A stretch of DNA of 64,000 nucleotides from positions 24,120,001 to 24,184,000 of the forward strand of contig CM052818.1 of NCBI GenBank assembly GCA_028534125.1, written 5' to 3'. A program made the position numbers and the translations under genes. The stretch comes from Lama glama. Its lineage: Eukaryota. The notes beneath the pieces are model-generated. The model saw nothing but the letters and a program-made list of their open reading frames with translations, ran no database searches and was not told the DNA's origin. This document shows positions 52,431-64,000 of this stretch, in pieces (within the stretch, counting starts at the first letter, position 1; each line of letters opens with the position of its first letter).

Positions 52431-53689
52431 TTTTTTCAGGAAATATCTAGAAGGAGCTTCCCTATCTTAGAATTAAGGTGGTGACTTTGTTCTCCTTGGA
52501 AAATTTATTAATGTTGAAATAAAATTCTTATATATCAGTATTGCCATTTTTCTTGATGGAAAAAAGCACTTGTTCTCTTTTAGAAAAGGTAGTAAGCTTT
52601 CTTTTCAGTTGCACTCACTCCTTTAAAATTTTATATTATCTCCTTTTCCGTCTGTATCTGTCTCTGTGATGTATATGTATTACTTACATTCCTTTTTCTA
52701 ATTGAAGCCATTAAATAAAAAGGAGGCTGCTTTGAGAAGACAACTGACACTTAAAATGATAAAAATAAAACTAATATAAATTTTGCAAGGCAGTGAGAGA
52801 GGGAAGGCATGGCAAAAAGAGACAGAATATCAACTGTAATAACATGTTAAATTAAAAAAAAACCAGAAAAATGCTAGGCATATGTTATTTGGAAACGGTT
52901 GGTGCCATCAGGAAACACAATGTTCAGTATATTTGGGACACATAATCAATCATGGATATTCTGACCAGAGTTTAACACAGACATATTGCATTCTCTGTTT
53001 CTGGTGTCACAAAACAGCAAGTTCAACTCACTGTGGCAGGGAGGTGCTGGGAGGTTGGGGTGGTGACAGTGGCCAGATGATACAGCAACCATTTAAGGGA
53101 GAGGTCAATAGGTACTATAAGCAATAAAGTAATATTGCTAAAGCAGGTGGTATTAGGGGAATTTTGTAGAGAACAGTCAAGAAGGTAAAGACACAGATGA
53201 AGGACAGAGAAAGGTCAAAAAAACTCTACAGCTTGTGAGAGGAGAGTGGTTTGGTGGCTGTACCTGACACTCTCTGATGTAAATGAGAAGCCCCTCCCCT
53301 TCTCCCCTGTACCATGTCTTAATCTCATCAGAGGGTTGCCATTCTGGCAGTAGAGACATGCTTTTTCTGTGTCCTTCTCAACCCATTTTTCCCTTCCCTT
53401 GGCTTTGCATCATTACCTTCAATCTTCTTTAATACCAAAGACAATGACAGGATTTCTACTTGAATTTTTGGACATATATGTACCTGAGGTCATTAAGAAG
53501 AAGACTATGGATCTCTGGAACTACCCCTGACAGACAACCGGTTAATTATTACTATTTATAGGATTATGTCGCTTAAAATGTGTTACTACAAGGCAATCAG
53601 TGTTATAGGAAGCAAAATGGGAAGATGGAGGGGAAATTGTTCAGGGAGCTTAAAAACCCATAGGAGAATCGTAGCCTTTTTAAGAGTCA

Positions 53690-53870
53690 CAGTAAATACG
53701 TCTGCAATGTTTACAACAGGTCAGCTATTGTCCCACACTCTTTACACATATTAATTCATTCAGTTCTCACGTAGCAGATACCATTATTCTGCCCATTCTA
53801 CAAATGAAGAAAGTCTACAGTATTTTCTTGTTCTAGAGACCATGAGACTCAGAAGGTGAAAGGCCTTGCT
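53690..53870 (-). mobile_element. MIR relic
   Basis: tttacacatattaattcatt...ccattattctgcccattctacaaatgaagaaa...tgagactcagaaggtgaa. Confidence 0.65.
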
Positions 53871-54239
53871 TTTCAGGATAAAAGGAGCACACATTTCTTG
53901 CTAGAGCTTAAGGTAGAGTTTTGATGTCAGAGAAAAACTTTCAATGGCAGAAATGATTGAAAGTCAAAGTAAGTTCAATTTATTTCTTACATGTGCATTA
54001 CCTAGTCATATTTATAAAAGCAACTTTAACTTAGTTTATATTTTTTTCTCATTTCGACATTTAATCTGAGAGCACTTCTTCTATATCTAAAGGTTTCTAT
54101 TTTAAAAATGATTAATAATATACTTTTTGCCATTCCCCAGTATTTTCAGACTGAACTAGATTTTATTCAGTAGGGGTCAAACGATAACTTTTCCTACCAT
54201 TCTTGGGAACCCCATAACATAAGATAGTACTTTTTTTTT

Positions 54240-54670
54240 TTGCAGAACATATATCTGATAGATTTATTCAGAATGTACTAAATATCCAATAATAAAGGCA
54301 AATAACTATTTTTAAATGGACAAAAGATTCGAACAGACAGATACTTCACAAAAAAGATATCCCAATGTACAATAAGCACATAAACATATTCAATGTCATT
54401 ACTCATCAGGAATATGCAAATTAAAACCACAATGAGATACTACTACACATATTTTAGAGCAGCTAAAATTAAGAGGACTGACAATATCAATTTTTGTTGC
54501 AAATGTGATGCAGATGAAAGTCTCATATATTGCTCATGCAAATGCAAAAGAATATATTTGGAAAACTATTTGACAATTTCTTAGAAGTAAATATATACTT
54601 ATAGTAAGATATATAAATGCCATTTTCTAGATATTCCCCCATGGAAAATAAAAATATATAGCCACGTACA
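54240..54670 (+). mobile_element. Old L1M ORF2 3' fragment
   Basis: [18 protein letters not shown]; aaatggacaaaagattcgaacagaca...ttcacaaaaaagatat. Confidence 0.8.
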
Positions 54671-55254
54671 CACTGGTTCTCAAATGCCTTGAGTCATATG
54701 GATTTAAAACATTCCTACTTTCCCATTTTACATGTTCATATCGACGGTATGCATTTTTAGGAAATATTTTATTTAACACTTAGAAGGTGAGGGATGATGG
54801 AGGTATAATTAAATGCTGCTATCAGCAGAATAGAACATTGTCCCACAATAATGTTCAGCTCTCCTGCCAGAGCATAAAAGGAGGGGCAAAGCCGAAGCAC
54901 TGATTTTCCAAGCAGGAGACGTTTGTTCAGTGACAATGTCTTATTACAATTAATTTACTCCTAGTGTACAAATGACGAATGCAAGACTAATTGCAGCCCC
55001 TGCAGATTAGGAAACATTGTTTCCTGGTTCCTTTCTTCTAGACCAGTACAAACCGCAGTTGGCAGCTGCTTACTGCCGTGCTTAATACTTCCTTCTGTCT
55101 AAAGTTTGTGTCTCTCACTGTTTTTCCTGGGTTTTTTTAGCATTCATTTTTCTTACTCTCCTCCTCACACCCTTTCTTTATCAGTTCCCTCTCTCCCCTT
55201 CAGCTCGTTAGGTTATTCATCTACCGATTTTTTATTTATTTTATCTCAGATTAA

Positions 55255-55452
55255 GAAGCGATTTCTGAGCCCAACTGTACATCAAAATCAGTGGAATATT
55301 TTATTAAAAATAATTATTTCTGGGCCCTGCCCCAAGGGACTCTGACTCGAGAAGGCTTCACTGGGCCATGAAAATCAGCAGTTTTAAAGTCTGTATTTTT
55401 TTTAAAGGATTCCCAAATCATCATTATTTGCAGTCAGATTTCAAGACCCTTC
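55255..55452. mobile_element. MER5-like hAT-Charlie non-autonomous DNA transposon relic
   Basis: ctgtacatcaaaatca...ttctgggccctgcccc...ctctgactc...tctgtatttttt...ttcccaaat. Confidence 0.55.
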
Positions 55453-56434
55453 ATTGCTCTCCTTTAGATTACCCTAGTCAGCATTCTGTTGGTTTATTTC
55501 AAACTCTGGAAGATGAAATCAACACATCATCCTGTTGAGAACAAATGCTCCCACACAGAAGCCCGAATGTACCTGCTCTCTGAACCCCGCCAAGAGCATG
55601 TGAGCTCAGACACCGCTTCCACGTTGAGTGTTTTTCAGATTCCCTACTGTTTTGATGAATGCAAGATTAATCAGGCAGTGGGCCTGCTGCCCAGAGAGGC
55701 TGTTTGGAAAACAGTAGACCAGGATGGCAGAACCTCCACTTCGAATTTGGTCGTCAGAAGCGAACACACTCAGAATGAGGAAGCAAGCCAGCTCCTTTCT
55801 CTGAGATTCAGGCCTCTCAATCTTAGCCTCATACCCAGTTAATATGCTCTCTCTCCTGTGCATTTTCTAAGTATGTGGCAGCCATCTGATAAGCACAGAA
55901 AGGCTGCATTTGCTAAATCTGGGCTGGTTCTTCAGTGAGTACATGAGAAACTTAAATGGAAAAAGAGCACACAGGCCCTGCAGACAGGGTATGGAACACC
56001 TGCAATCATAAATTACTGGATGACCGAGAGCACTGTGACCACGACAGCAACCCTCACAATGCCTTGGGAAAATTACATTGTTATGATTCATCATGAAAAT
56101 ATATTATCGATGGGAAAATTTAAGGATGTTTTGGAAAGCATCTTAACAACACAGCTTTCAGTACAGTAAAAATAACATTCTTACATGGTTTTCTTCCTAG
56201 ACAAAAGAAAATACAAATACATATTTCCATTACTCAAGTGTATCTATTTAAATTTTATAGGGATAATACAAGTTGGCGAGCACATTCTTAGGAGTCATGA
56301 GCCAAGTCAACTTTATTACTTCTATGTACTAATAGGATAGCAAATTACCTCACCTTTACTCGCTAGCCATGATAATTATAACAACAAATACACACTGAGA
56401 GCTCTAGTGTCTTGCCAGGTTCTGAATGTATATC

Positions 56435-57100
56435 TTGTTTTTTCAAATAAAAAGAATTTTTGTTGTTTCATATTACAAAGGAATTACATGGTCATGTTCA
56501 TTTAAAATACATAGTATTAAAAGAAAGAAGTAAGAAAATAAGTCCATCAGAATTTCATCACCCAGGGATCTTCCACAGCCACATTTCAAAAAACACACTG
56601 CCACTGTGTAACAATTGCTTGTGAGTGGTTTTGTGGCAGGGTTATTGCTCTTCTGCCTTAAATAACCTATTAAATTTTTAAAAAGAATGATGATACAAAA
56701 CTGACAAAATGATTAGATTTTCATTGCTGTATGTATCCTTCCAGACTTGTTTTTATGTACATGCATATACACGCGCGCGCGCACACACACACACACAAAG
56801 GATTGAACCATTTCATAAACTTTTTTGTCATGTAACAATAATATGTAAAACAATGTGAAAATTTTGTCAGTGAATACTGACATGCATGGTCATTTATAGT
56901 AAACACAGAGTTCTTCATGTGATTCCCCTACAATTTATTTAACATCTCTCCTATTGCTGAGCATGTAAAATGCTTCTAATTTGTTGCTATCAAAAATGGA
57001 TCAATAAGTTATTATTATACATATAGCTTTGCATACCTGTAAGCTTATTTCCTCAAGATAAATTTCTAAAAGGAAAATGGCTGGCCCAAATCACCCTACA
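56435..57100 (-). mobile_element. Ancient L1ME-type relic
   Basis: caatttatttaacatctctcctattgctgagcatgtaaaatgcttctaattt...tttcctcaagataaatttctaaaagg. Confidence 0.65.
56754..56797. repeat. 44-bp alternating purine-pyrimidine tract containing (CG)5 and (CA)8
   Basis: tatgtacatgcatatacacgcgcgcgcgcacacacacacacaca. Confidence 0.9.
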
Positions 57101-57111
57101 GACATCGTGCC

Positions 57112-57758
57112 TAAACTTTAAAAATGCTTTCGTACAGCAAAGGGAACCAAAAACAAAACAGAAAGACAACCTACAGACTGGGAAAAATATTTGCAAATTA
57201 TGTGACTGACAAGGGCTTAATTTCCAAAATATATAAGCAGCTTATACAACTCAATAACAACAACAACAACAAAAAACAACCCAATTAAAAAATGGACAGA
57301 AGACCTAAATAGATATTTCTCCAAAGAAGATGTATGGGTGACCAAAAGGCATGTGAAAAGATGCCCAATATTGCTAATTATAAGAGAAATGCAAATCAAA
57401 ACTATAATGAAGTATCATCTCACACCAGTCAGAATGGCTATAATTAAAAAGTGCACAAATGATAAATGCTGGAGAGGGTGTGGAGAAAAGGGAACCCTCC
57501 TACACTGTTGGTGGGAATGTAATTTGGGGACGCCACTATGGAAAACAATATGGAGATTCCTTTAAAACCTAAAAATAGACTTACCACATGATCCAGCAAT
57601 CCTACTCTTGGGCATATATCTGGAGGAAACTCTAATTCAAAAAAATACACAAATACCAATGTTCATAGCATCACTATTTACAATAGCCAAGACATGGAAA
57701 CAACCTAAATATCCACTGACAGATGACTGGATAAAGAAGTTGTGGTATATATATATAC

Positions 57759-57812
<54 letters not shown>

Positions 57813-58241
57813 GGAATATTACTCAGCCATAAAAATGAAATAATGCCAGTTACAGCAACATGGACGGACCTAGAGATTACTATACTAAGTGATGTATGTC
57901 AGACAAAGACAAATATCATATGATATAATTTATATGTGGGATTTTAAAAATGATGCAAATGAACTTGTTTAAAAAACAGAAACAGACTCAAAGACATAGA
58001 AAACAAACTTGTGGTTACCAGTGAGGAAAGGGGAAGTGGAGAGAGAAATTAGGAGTTTGGGATTGGCAGATACAAACTACTATATATAAAATAGATAAAC
58101 AGCAAAGTCCTACTGTAGAGCACAGGGAATTTATTCAATATCTTGTAATAATCTATAATGAAAAAGTATATATGTATATTTATAACTGAATCACTAGAAG
58201 CTAACACAACACTGTAAGTCAACTATAATTCAATTTAAAAA
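57112..58241 (+). mobile_element. 5'-truncated LINE-1 (ORF2 end and 3' UTR)
   Basis: [57 protein letters not shown]; 3' UTR like the copy at 21.7 kb. Confidence 0.93.
57746..57810. repeat. Compound (TA)6-C-(CA)13-(TA)13 microsatellite inside L1
   Basis: Direct read. Confidence 0.95.
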
Positions 58242-58894
58242 GGCACTGTTTAGCCCCATGTTACACAAACAAGAAGTGACGAGAATTAACTAGCTCAAGA
58301 TCACATAGCTTTTACAAATCTAGATTCAAATAAGGATTCCTCAAGGTGACTGTTAACCTCTTCTAACAAGCACATAAAAAAATTATTAAACTCTCATTGA
58401 CCCTCAATACGATCAAGAGGTTAATGCCCAGTCCTCCCACCCTTTGAGATAATTATTTCCAATAATGAATTCCAAGACATCCTGTCACATGTAGCAGTAA
58501 GCCTGGAGCCCTAACAACATTTCTGAGGCATATCAAGCGCCCTATATTCTTCTGATTTCTCTTAATCTGTGGTTGATCTCTGCAGAACTCTTGTTTCAAC
58601 TCTTACAGTTGCTACTCTTTTTTTAGCACCAGTTCTAACCAGGACCAGACCGTCACTCCCATTCCCCGAAGCCCCATCAATACTGGATTGCTGCATGTAA
58701 TACAGTCCACTAAAGATAGGAAATTAGCACAGGGGAAGGACAGAACAGCTAGAAAAACAAGTAATTTTAAGATTAAATATTATCCTGCTCTTAATTTAAT
58801 GCTCCTTTGCTCTTGTCACTTTTGGGGATTTCTTACTGTCCATCTTTCCTCATAAACTCCACCCAGATATGGCCAGCTTCTCCCTGGCAATTCT

Positions 58895-59068
58895 CTTCCC
58901 TGGCTGAGAATTTGAAATGCTGGAGAGGTTTTATAAAAATATTGTTGTCTGGACCCAACTCCGAGCAAGTAAATTAGACTCTGTACAGAGTGAAACCAAG
59001 AAATGGGTGTTATTTTCAACGTCCCACTTATTAATTCTAACGTGCAATTAGTTTGAAAATTACTGATT
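58895..59068. mobile_element. MER5-like hAT-Charlie relic
   Basis: ctggagaggttttataaaaatattgttgtctggaccca...attctaacgtgcaattagtttgaaaattactg. Confidence 0.6.
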
Positions 59069-61272
59069 TAGATCCTTCATCCAATTTACTTCTTTCCAAT
59101 CCTGAGTCCTCCAATTCCTCAGCCTACTAGCCAAAACTTGCCATCTATTATTTTTTGCTTTTGCAGAGTAAGGTGTTTCTTTTTTTGTATCATTCTTCTT
59201 CCTCCTCTTTTTTTTTTTTTCCTTCTCTTCACAATGCCTTACAGCATGACCTTTTCATACTCAAAAAAGGTGATTTCCTAAATAAAAGTGAAGTTCTCTC
59301 CCCAGGGAAAAATCTGCCAGTCTTCTAAGGCAACTGTGTAAAACATCAACCAGTCTCCAATTGTGAAGAGTTTTTTTTTCTTTCCTTTCCTTACTCATTT
59401 CTATAATAGTCTTCAATATATTTAGTAACAAGTCAGTATTTCTACCCTCAAGCAGATCCCACAATAGTTGTGGCATTGATGGTGATAAAAAAAAAAAGAC
59501 CTAGTAAAGTTGAAAAAGCCCAAATAATCAGTCAGAGAATCTTTTACTAATGGCCATAGGGTTGTGGCCTCTGACTTAATCACAGGATTTAGGGGAAAAT
59601 GGATGAAAACCAGGATGTGGTCATTGAGCCAAGGCATCTCTTTCATCATAGCATGCTTTATTCCCAGCAGCTAAACTTTAACTGCTAACTCCTCTGCATG
59701 TATTGCTGACAGATGCCCACTGCATATCCCCTAAAGATGCCATCCATCAGTCAAGATCATTCATTTACCCCCCAAATTTTTTAAAATGTGAGGAACAAAG
59801 TACAATTTCCAATTAGGTCACTTTGAAATATATTAGAATTCACAGTTAACATGTTTCCTATTACAAACTATATATTCTCGGGGGTCAAGTGAGTGTCTTT
59901 GATCACTCTAAACTGAACTGATTTTACAGTCAAGGACACTACCCTTGGAAATAAGTTTTATTAGGCACTTTTATAAAATCACAGAACTTACACGGTGCAG
60001 TCATGTCCTGAACTCAGACATAAGCATCCATCCCTGACAAGCAAGTACAGTGGATTGTTCCCATTATGTTCATGGTGACATGAAAGGCCCAATGGAGAAA
60101 ATGAGAGGCACTTCAAAACTAGCTGCTTTCAAGCAGAATAGACACCACTTGAATATATATATATAGATAGAGAGAGAATATATACCTGGCTGAGTGGTCA
60201 AGGGCCTTACCCAGAATTTGCATCATTATCAAAATTCTATGTGTTTAAGGACTGGTGTCTTTCAGAACAAATTCCTGTATATTTTCATGGAAATACAGAG
60301 TGACCACCCCTCTCTCTTTTTTCTTTCTCTTCCCTGTCTGCCTCCCCCACATCATAAAAGTACCCCCTTGAGAGTTTCTGAACTTTCTCTTAGAAAGTCA
60401 CAGAGTCTAGAGACTTGAGCCAGCGTGCTGAGTATCCACCAACCGTCACGCCTGTCAATAGACGCTAATTCCCTCCGTGTCACTGACATAGAGTAAAGTG
60501 CCCTGTGGTCTGAGACCTCTAAGGCCATCTTCTTTTTTCCAGTCATTTCACATATTGTCTTCTGTTTATTTTGCACAAGTTCATTTCACCTCCCACAATC
60601 CCATTTCAGAAGACACTGCAGTTGTCTGTTGTGTTATAATTATTTGTGAAGGGTTCCATTACAGGATGCTTGTCCAGCTGCCTTAAATAACTTGCTAAAT
60701 TTTTTAAAAGAAGAAGGATGTAAAACTGACAGAAATAATCAGTGGAAAAGCTGAGTTCTGAGTAATGGAAAACATAAAGTACAAATTCATATCTAATATA
60801 TCTGAACAAGAAGTTGTTCCTAATAAATCACCGATGGTTATGTGAGTTTATTAGATGCTTCTATTTTTATGTTCATACACAAATGGAATTTCAGCATCAC
60901 ACAATTTTTCAAAAAGACACCTCTCACAGATGAAGGAAGTACAATATATATGTTGATATCTTGCTTTCAATCAATGAATACAAGCTTTATTTTTATTGCT
61001 TCTCCTTTACGTTCTAAGGTTTAATTATGTCTATGATATGATGAAAGATATTTTTATGGGAAACCACATTTTTTTCTGAACCATTTTCTTTTCTTTATAC
61101 TTTGAAAATATGAGGTTCACATTTCAGAAAATAAAAAAAAATGAAATGAAGAAATAATTAGATAGATAGTAAGGAGAGGATGTAAGAATAAGCTATTTAC
61201 AACACAAACCATTCCAAGTACTCAGAAAATATATCTAAGCAACAGTTCTTATTATCTCTTTTTCTTCCTTAG

Positions 61273-61320
61273 GATTCCATCCCCAAAATGGTGACAGTGT
61301 TGAAGAGGATGCCTTCTCAG
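61273..61320 (+). other. Candidate 48-nt internal exon (product unknown)
   Basis: Long pyrimidine tract ttcttattatctctttttcttccttAG, then CAG|GTAAAG donor. Confidence 0.35.
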
Positions 61321-61363
61321 GTAAAGAAAAACTACTCATATCAAAGGCATATTTGTAGGCCTA

Positions 61364-62167
61364 TTTTTTTAAGACTTTATTTTTTAGAACAGTTTAAAGT
61401 TCACAACAAAATTAAAGGACAGGTACCACATATCCCCTGACTGCACACACGCACAGTCTCCTGATGAGCAGTACCAATCACGGGAAGGCTGCATTGCTAC
61501 CAAACATGAAGCCATACTGATGCATTGTAATCACCCAAAGTCCATAGTTTACATTATGATTCACTCTTGGTGTTGTACGTTTGTACAAATGTATAATGAT
61601 ATCTACCCATCATTTGAATATTATACAAAATATTTTCACTGCCCTTCTCTGGGCATCCCTACCCTCTACCCTCACCCCTGGCAACCAACAAATTAGTTTG
61701 TCTCCATAGCTTCACCTTTTCCAGAATGTCCTATAGTTGGTATCATACAGTATGTAGCCTTTTCACTTAGTAATATGATATTAAAATCCCTCCACATCTT
61801 CTCATGGCTTGATAGTGCATTTCTTTTCAGCACTGAATAGCAGTCCATTATCTGAAGGTACTACAGTTAAAGTATCCATCCACCTACTGAAGGACTATTG
61901 GTTGATTCCAAGATTTAGTAATTATGAATAAAGCTGCTATAAACATCCATATGCATGTGTTTGTGTGGACACAAGTTTTTGCTTCCTTTAGGTAAATAAC
62001 AAGGAATACCATTCTTAAATTTTATGGTAAGAGTACGCTTAATTTTGTGAGAAATCACCAAACTGTGTTCCAAAATGGCTGCACCATTTTGCATTTCCCC
62101 TAGCAATGAATGGGAGTTCCTTGCCAGTATTTGATGATGTTAGCATTCCAAATTTTGGCTATTTAAT
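61364..62167 (-). mobile_element. Old L1 (L1MC1/2-like) 3' fragment with degenerate TSD
   Basis: agactttatttttttagaacagtttaaagttcacaacaaaatt...; AGGCATATTTGTAGGCCTA 61345-61363 vs AGGCATATTTGCAGACTTA 62168-62186. Confidence 0.85.
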
Positions 62168-63621
62168 AGGCATATTTGCAGACTTACTTTTTTAGAGACT
62201 CTTTCTCCTAACTATGCCCCCAATTAACTAATGGGTCTTTTTCTGAGTCAATGAAAGTAAAATTCTCAGAACTCTAAGAGTAAGACATGAGTTCAAAAGA
62301 TCTTTCAGTAAAATCCCTTTATTTCTACTCAGCATAAAATTAAATAATTATTAGAAACTACCCTTCCATGCTTCTCTGTCCTTCGTCCATAAGTTTCTTT
62401 TCTTCCTTAATTTCTCTCACTCTGTTCTTTTTAAATCCTTTCAATCACATGACCTAAACTGGAAGTCCTTTCTGTTTTTAGGGAGCACAAATAGAGGAGT
62501 GTCTACAATTAGGTCTATGAACAGAGCCGCAGTGATTCATTTTTGAGCTCTATCTTCATTTTTATTGTACAAGACAGCTTACAATGATGATATAGAGTTG
62601 TATCTTTTCTATTCTCATTTGGTCTAGTAATAGATATTATAGTGAAGAGATACAGTCAAAAGATTACTATGTACTTATTTTATTGCCTCATGGTAAATCA
62701 CATTACTCTTCTTGTGGAATTGGAATGCCCTATACCTTGCACCACACTCTCTAAGTGACAGTCTTATCAAGTCACTACATTCCTCCATGAAGGAGGCATT
62801 ATCTCGTGGCAGATTGCCTGGTATGCCACAGAGCTGCTGCTGCAGGATTGTCCAAGCATCTTCTAACCTTGGGCCTGCCCCTGCTAGAGTTCCAGTCAAG
62901 TTCTAATGGCAGTGGGAAGAGAACAAAAGAAAATGGAAATGGGGGCCCTTCTTGGATAATGAAATGGATAAAGAGAGTGAGCAGACACTTGTACCAAATA
63001 CCTTTAAAAGTATAATTTCACTTAAACAGAGTAAACTCACCCTGAACAATTAGGATATTTAAATGTAATTTTTATATATCTACAGAAAAAGATATTTTAA
63101 ATAATCAGTGGTGATCATAATGTTTAAAATTCCTTCCAGGATAATTCAGATTAGTCCTAAACAATAAAACCACAGATGATTGAGACAGTTATGTTTTTCA
63201 ATAACAAATTTTTATGTGAAAAGTAATTCAAATGAAATCATTTTCAGCATATTTATGACACAGGTTTTCTTCCTCCTCTACCTTCCCCCCTTCCTCTCTT
63301 TATCTCTTTCCTTTGCCACCACTCCTATGTGTGCTCTCCAAGCAAGCCTTCCTAAACCCCTTCAAGAGCACTGAATAGGCACACAAAAAGGAATGCCATG
63401 TAGGGCCACCACAGCTCAGAGAAAGTCCACACCCACTGGAAAAGCTCACGACTCCGCCAGAGGAATATCCAGTGAAGGAGCCATTCCCAACAATCTCTTC
63501 CAGATACAAACATTTATAGGTAAAACTATATTTTTATAAAAACTGAAACTAGATTTTATCAGTTGTTGGAGGTTGTTATTTTTATTATTTTGGTAGTGGT
63601 ATTAATTTTCCCTTCTCTTTT

Positions 63622-64000
63622 AAAAAGATACATGCACTCCAATGTTTATAGCAGCACTATTTACAATAGCCAAAACATGGAAACAATCTAAATGTCCATT
63701 GACAAATGACTGGATAAAGAAAATGTGGTATATATATATATGAGTATTACTTGGCCATAAAAAAGCATAAAATAATGCCACTTACAGCAACATATATGAA
63801 CCTGGAGATCATCATACTAAGTGAAGAAAGCCAGAAAGAGAAAGAAAAATACCATATGATATCACTCATATGTGGAATCTTAAAAAAAAAAAAAGACACA
63901 AATGAACTTATTTGCAAAATGAAAACAGACTCACAGACGTAGAAAACAAACTCATGGTTACCAGGGGGAAAGCAGGTGGGAAGGGCTAAAATAGGAGTTG
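63622..64000 (+). mobile_element. LINE-1 ORF2 end / 3' UTR, runs off the window
   Basis: aaagatacatgcactccaatgtttatagcagcactatttacaatagccaa...gaaaacagactcacagacgtagaaaacaaac. Confidence 0.93.

Noticed and set aside
55489..55842. 117-aa ORF in unique sequence
   Set aside because: Non-ATG start, no recognisable domain and no convincing donor; length is compatible with chance
57095..58260. TSD for the 57.1-kb L1
   Set aside because: No direct repeat found at the two ends
63041..63079. Minus-strand 39-nt exon with AGG|GTGAGT donor
   Set aside because: Good splice signals but an extremely AT-rich body and no supporting neighbours; probably a pseudo-exon
1..64000. Prokaryote-style systems (operons, CRISPR arrays, defence islands) or an intact protein-coding gene
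   Set aside because: Mammalian repeat landscape; no repeat-spacer array, and no ORF with recognisable non-transposon homology

Overview
AT-rich, CpG-depleted mammalian genomic DNA that is intergenic or deep-intronic. It is probably camelid: there is a tRNA-Ala-derived vic-1-type SINE at ~21.1 kb, and I saw no Alu, B1/B2, Bov-A/BovB, PRE-1 or Can-SINE. I could not recognise any intact protein-coding gene. The recognisable ORFs in the track are LINE-1 ORF2 or Tigger1 transposase debris, and the rest look like chance ORFs. A large share of the window is interspersed repeat: young and old LINE-1 fragments (several with visible target-site duplications, two with twin-priming 5' inversions), a near full-length Tigger1 nested in an L2, an MLT1 LTR, a MER41-like ERV1 solo LTR, MIR/L2/CR1/MER5 relics and microsatellites. 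The non-repeat signals most worth checking are a CpG-enriched, motif-dense element at ~3.24-3.97 kb with a donor-acceptor-donor arrangement, several isolated + strand exon-like segments (possibly a spliced non-coding transcript, unproven), and a templated-insertion-like AT-rich scar at ~48.5 kb. I found no convincing evidence of a novel biological system. Repeat family names come from recalled consensus motifs, not from a database search, and boundaries of old repeats are approximate.
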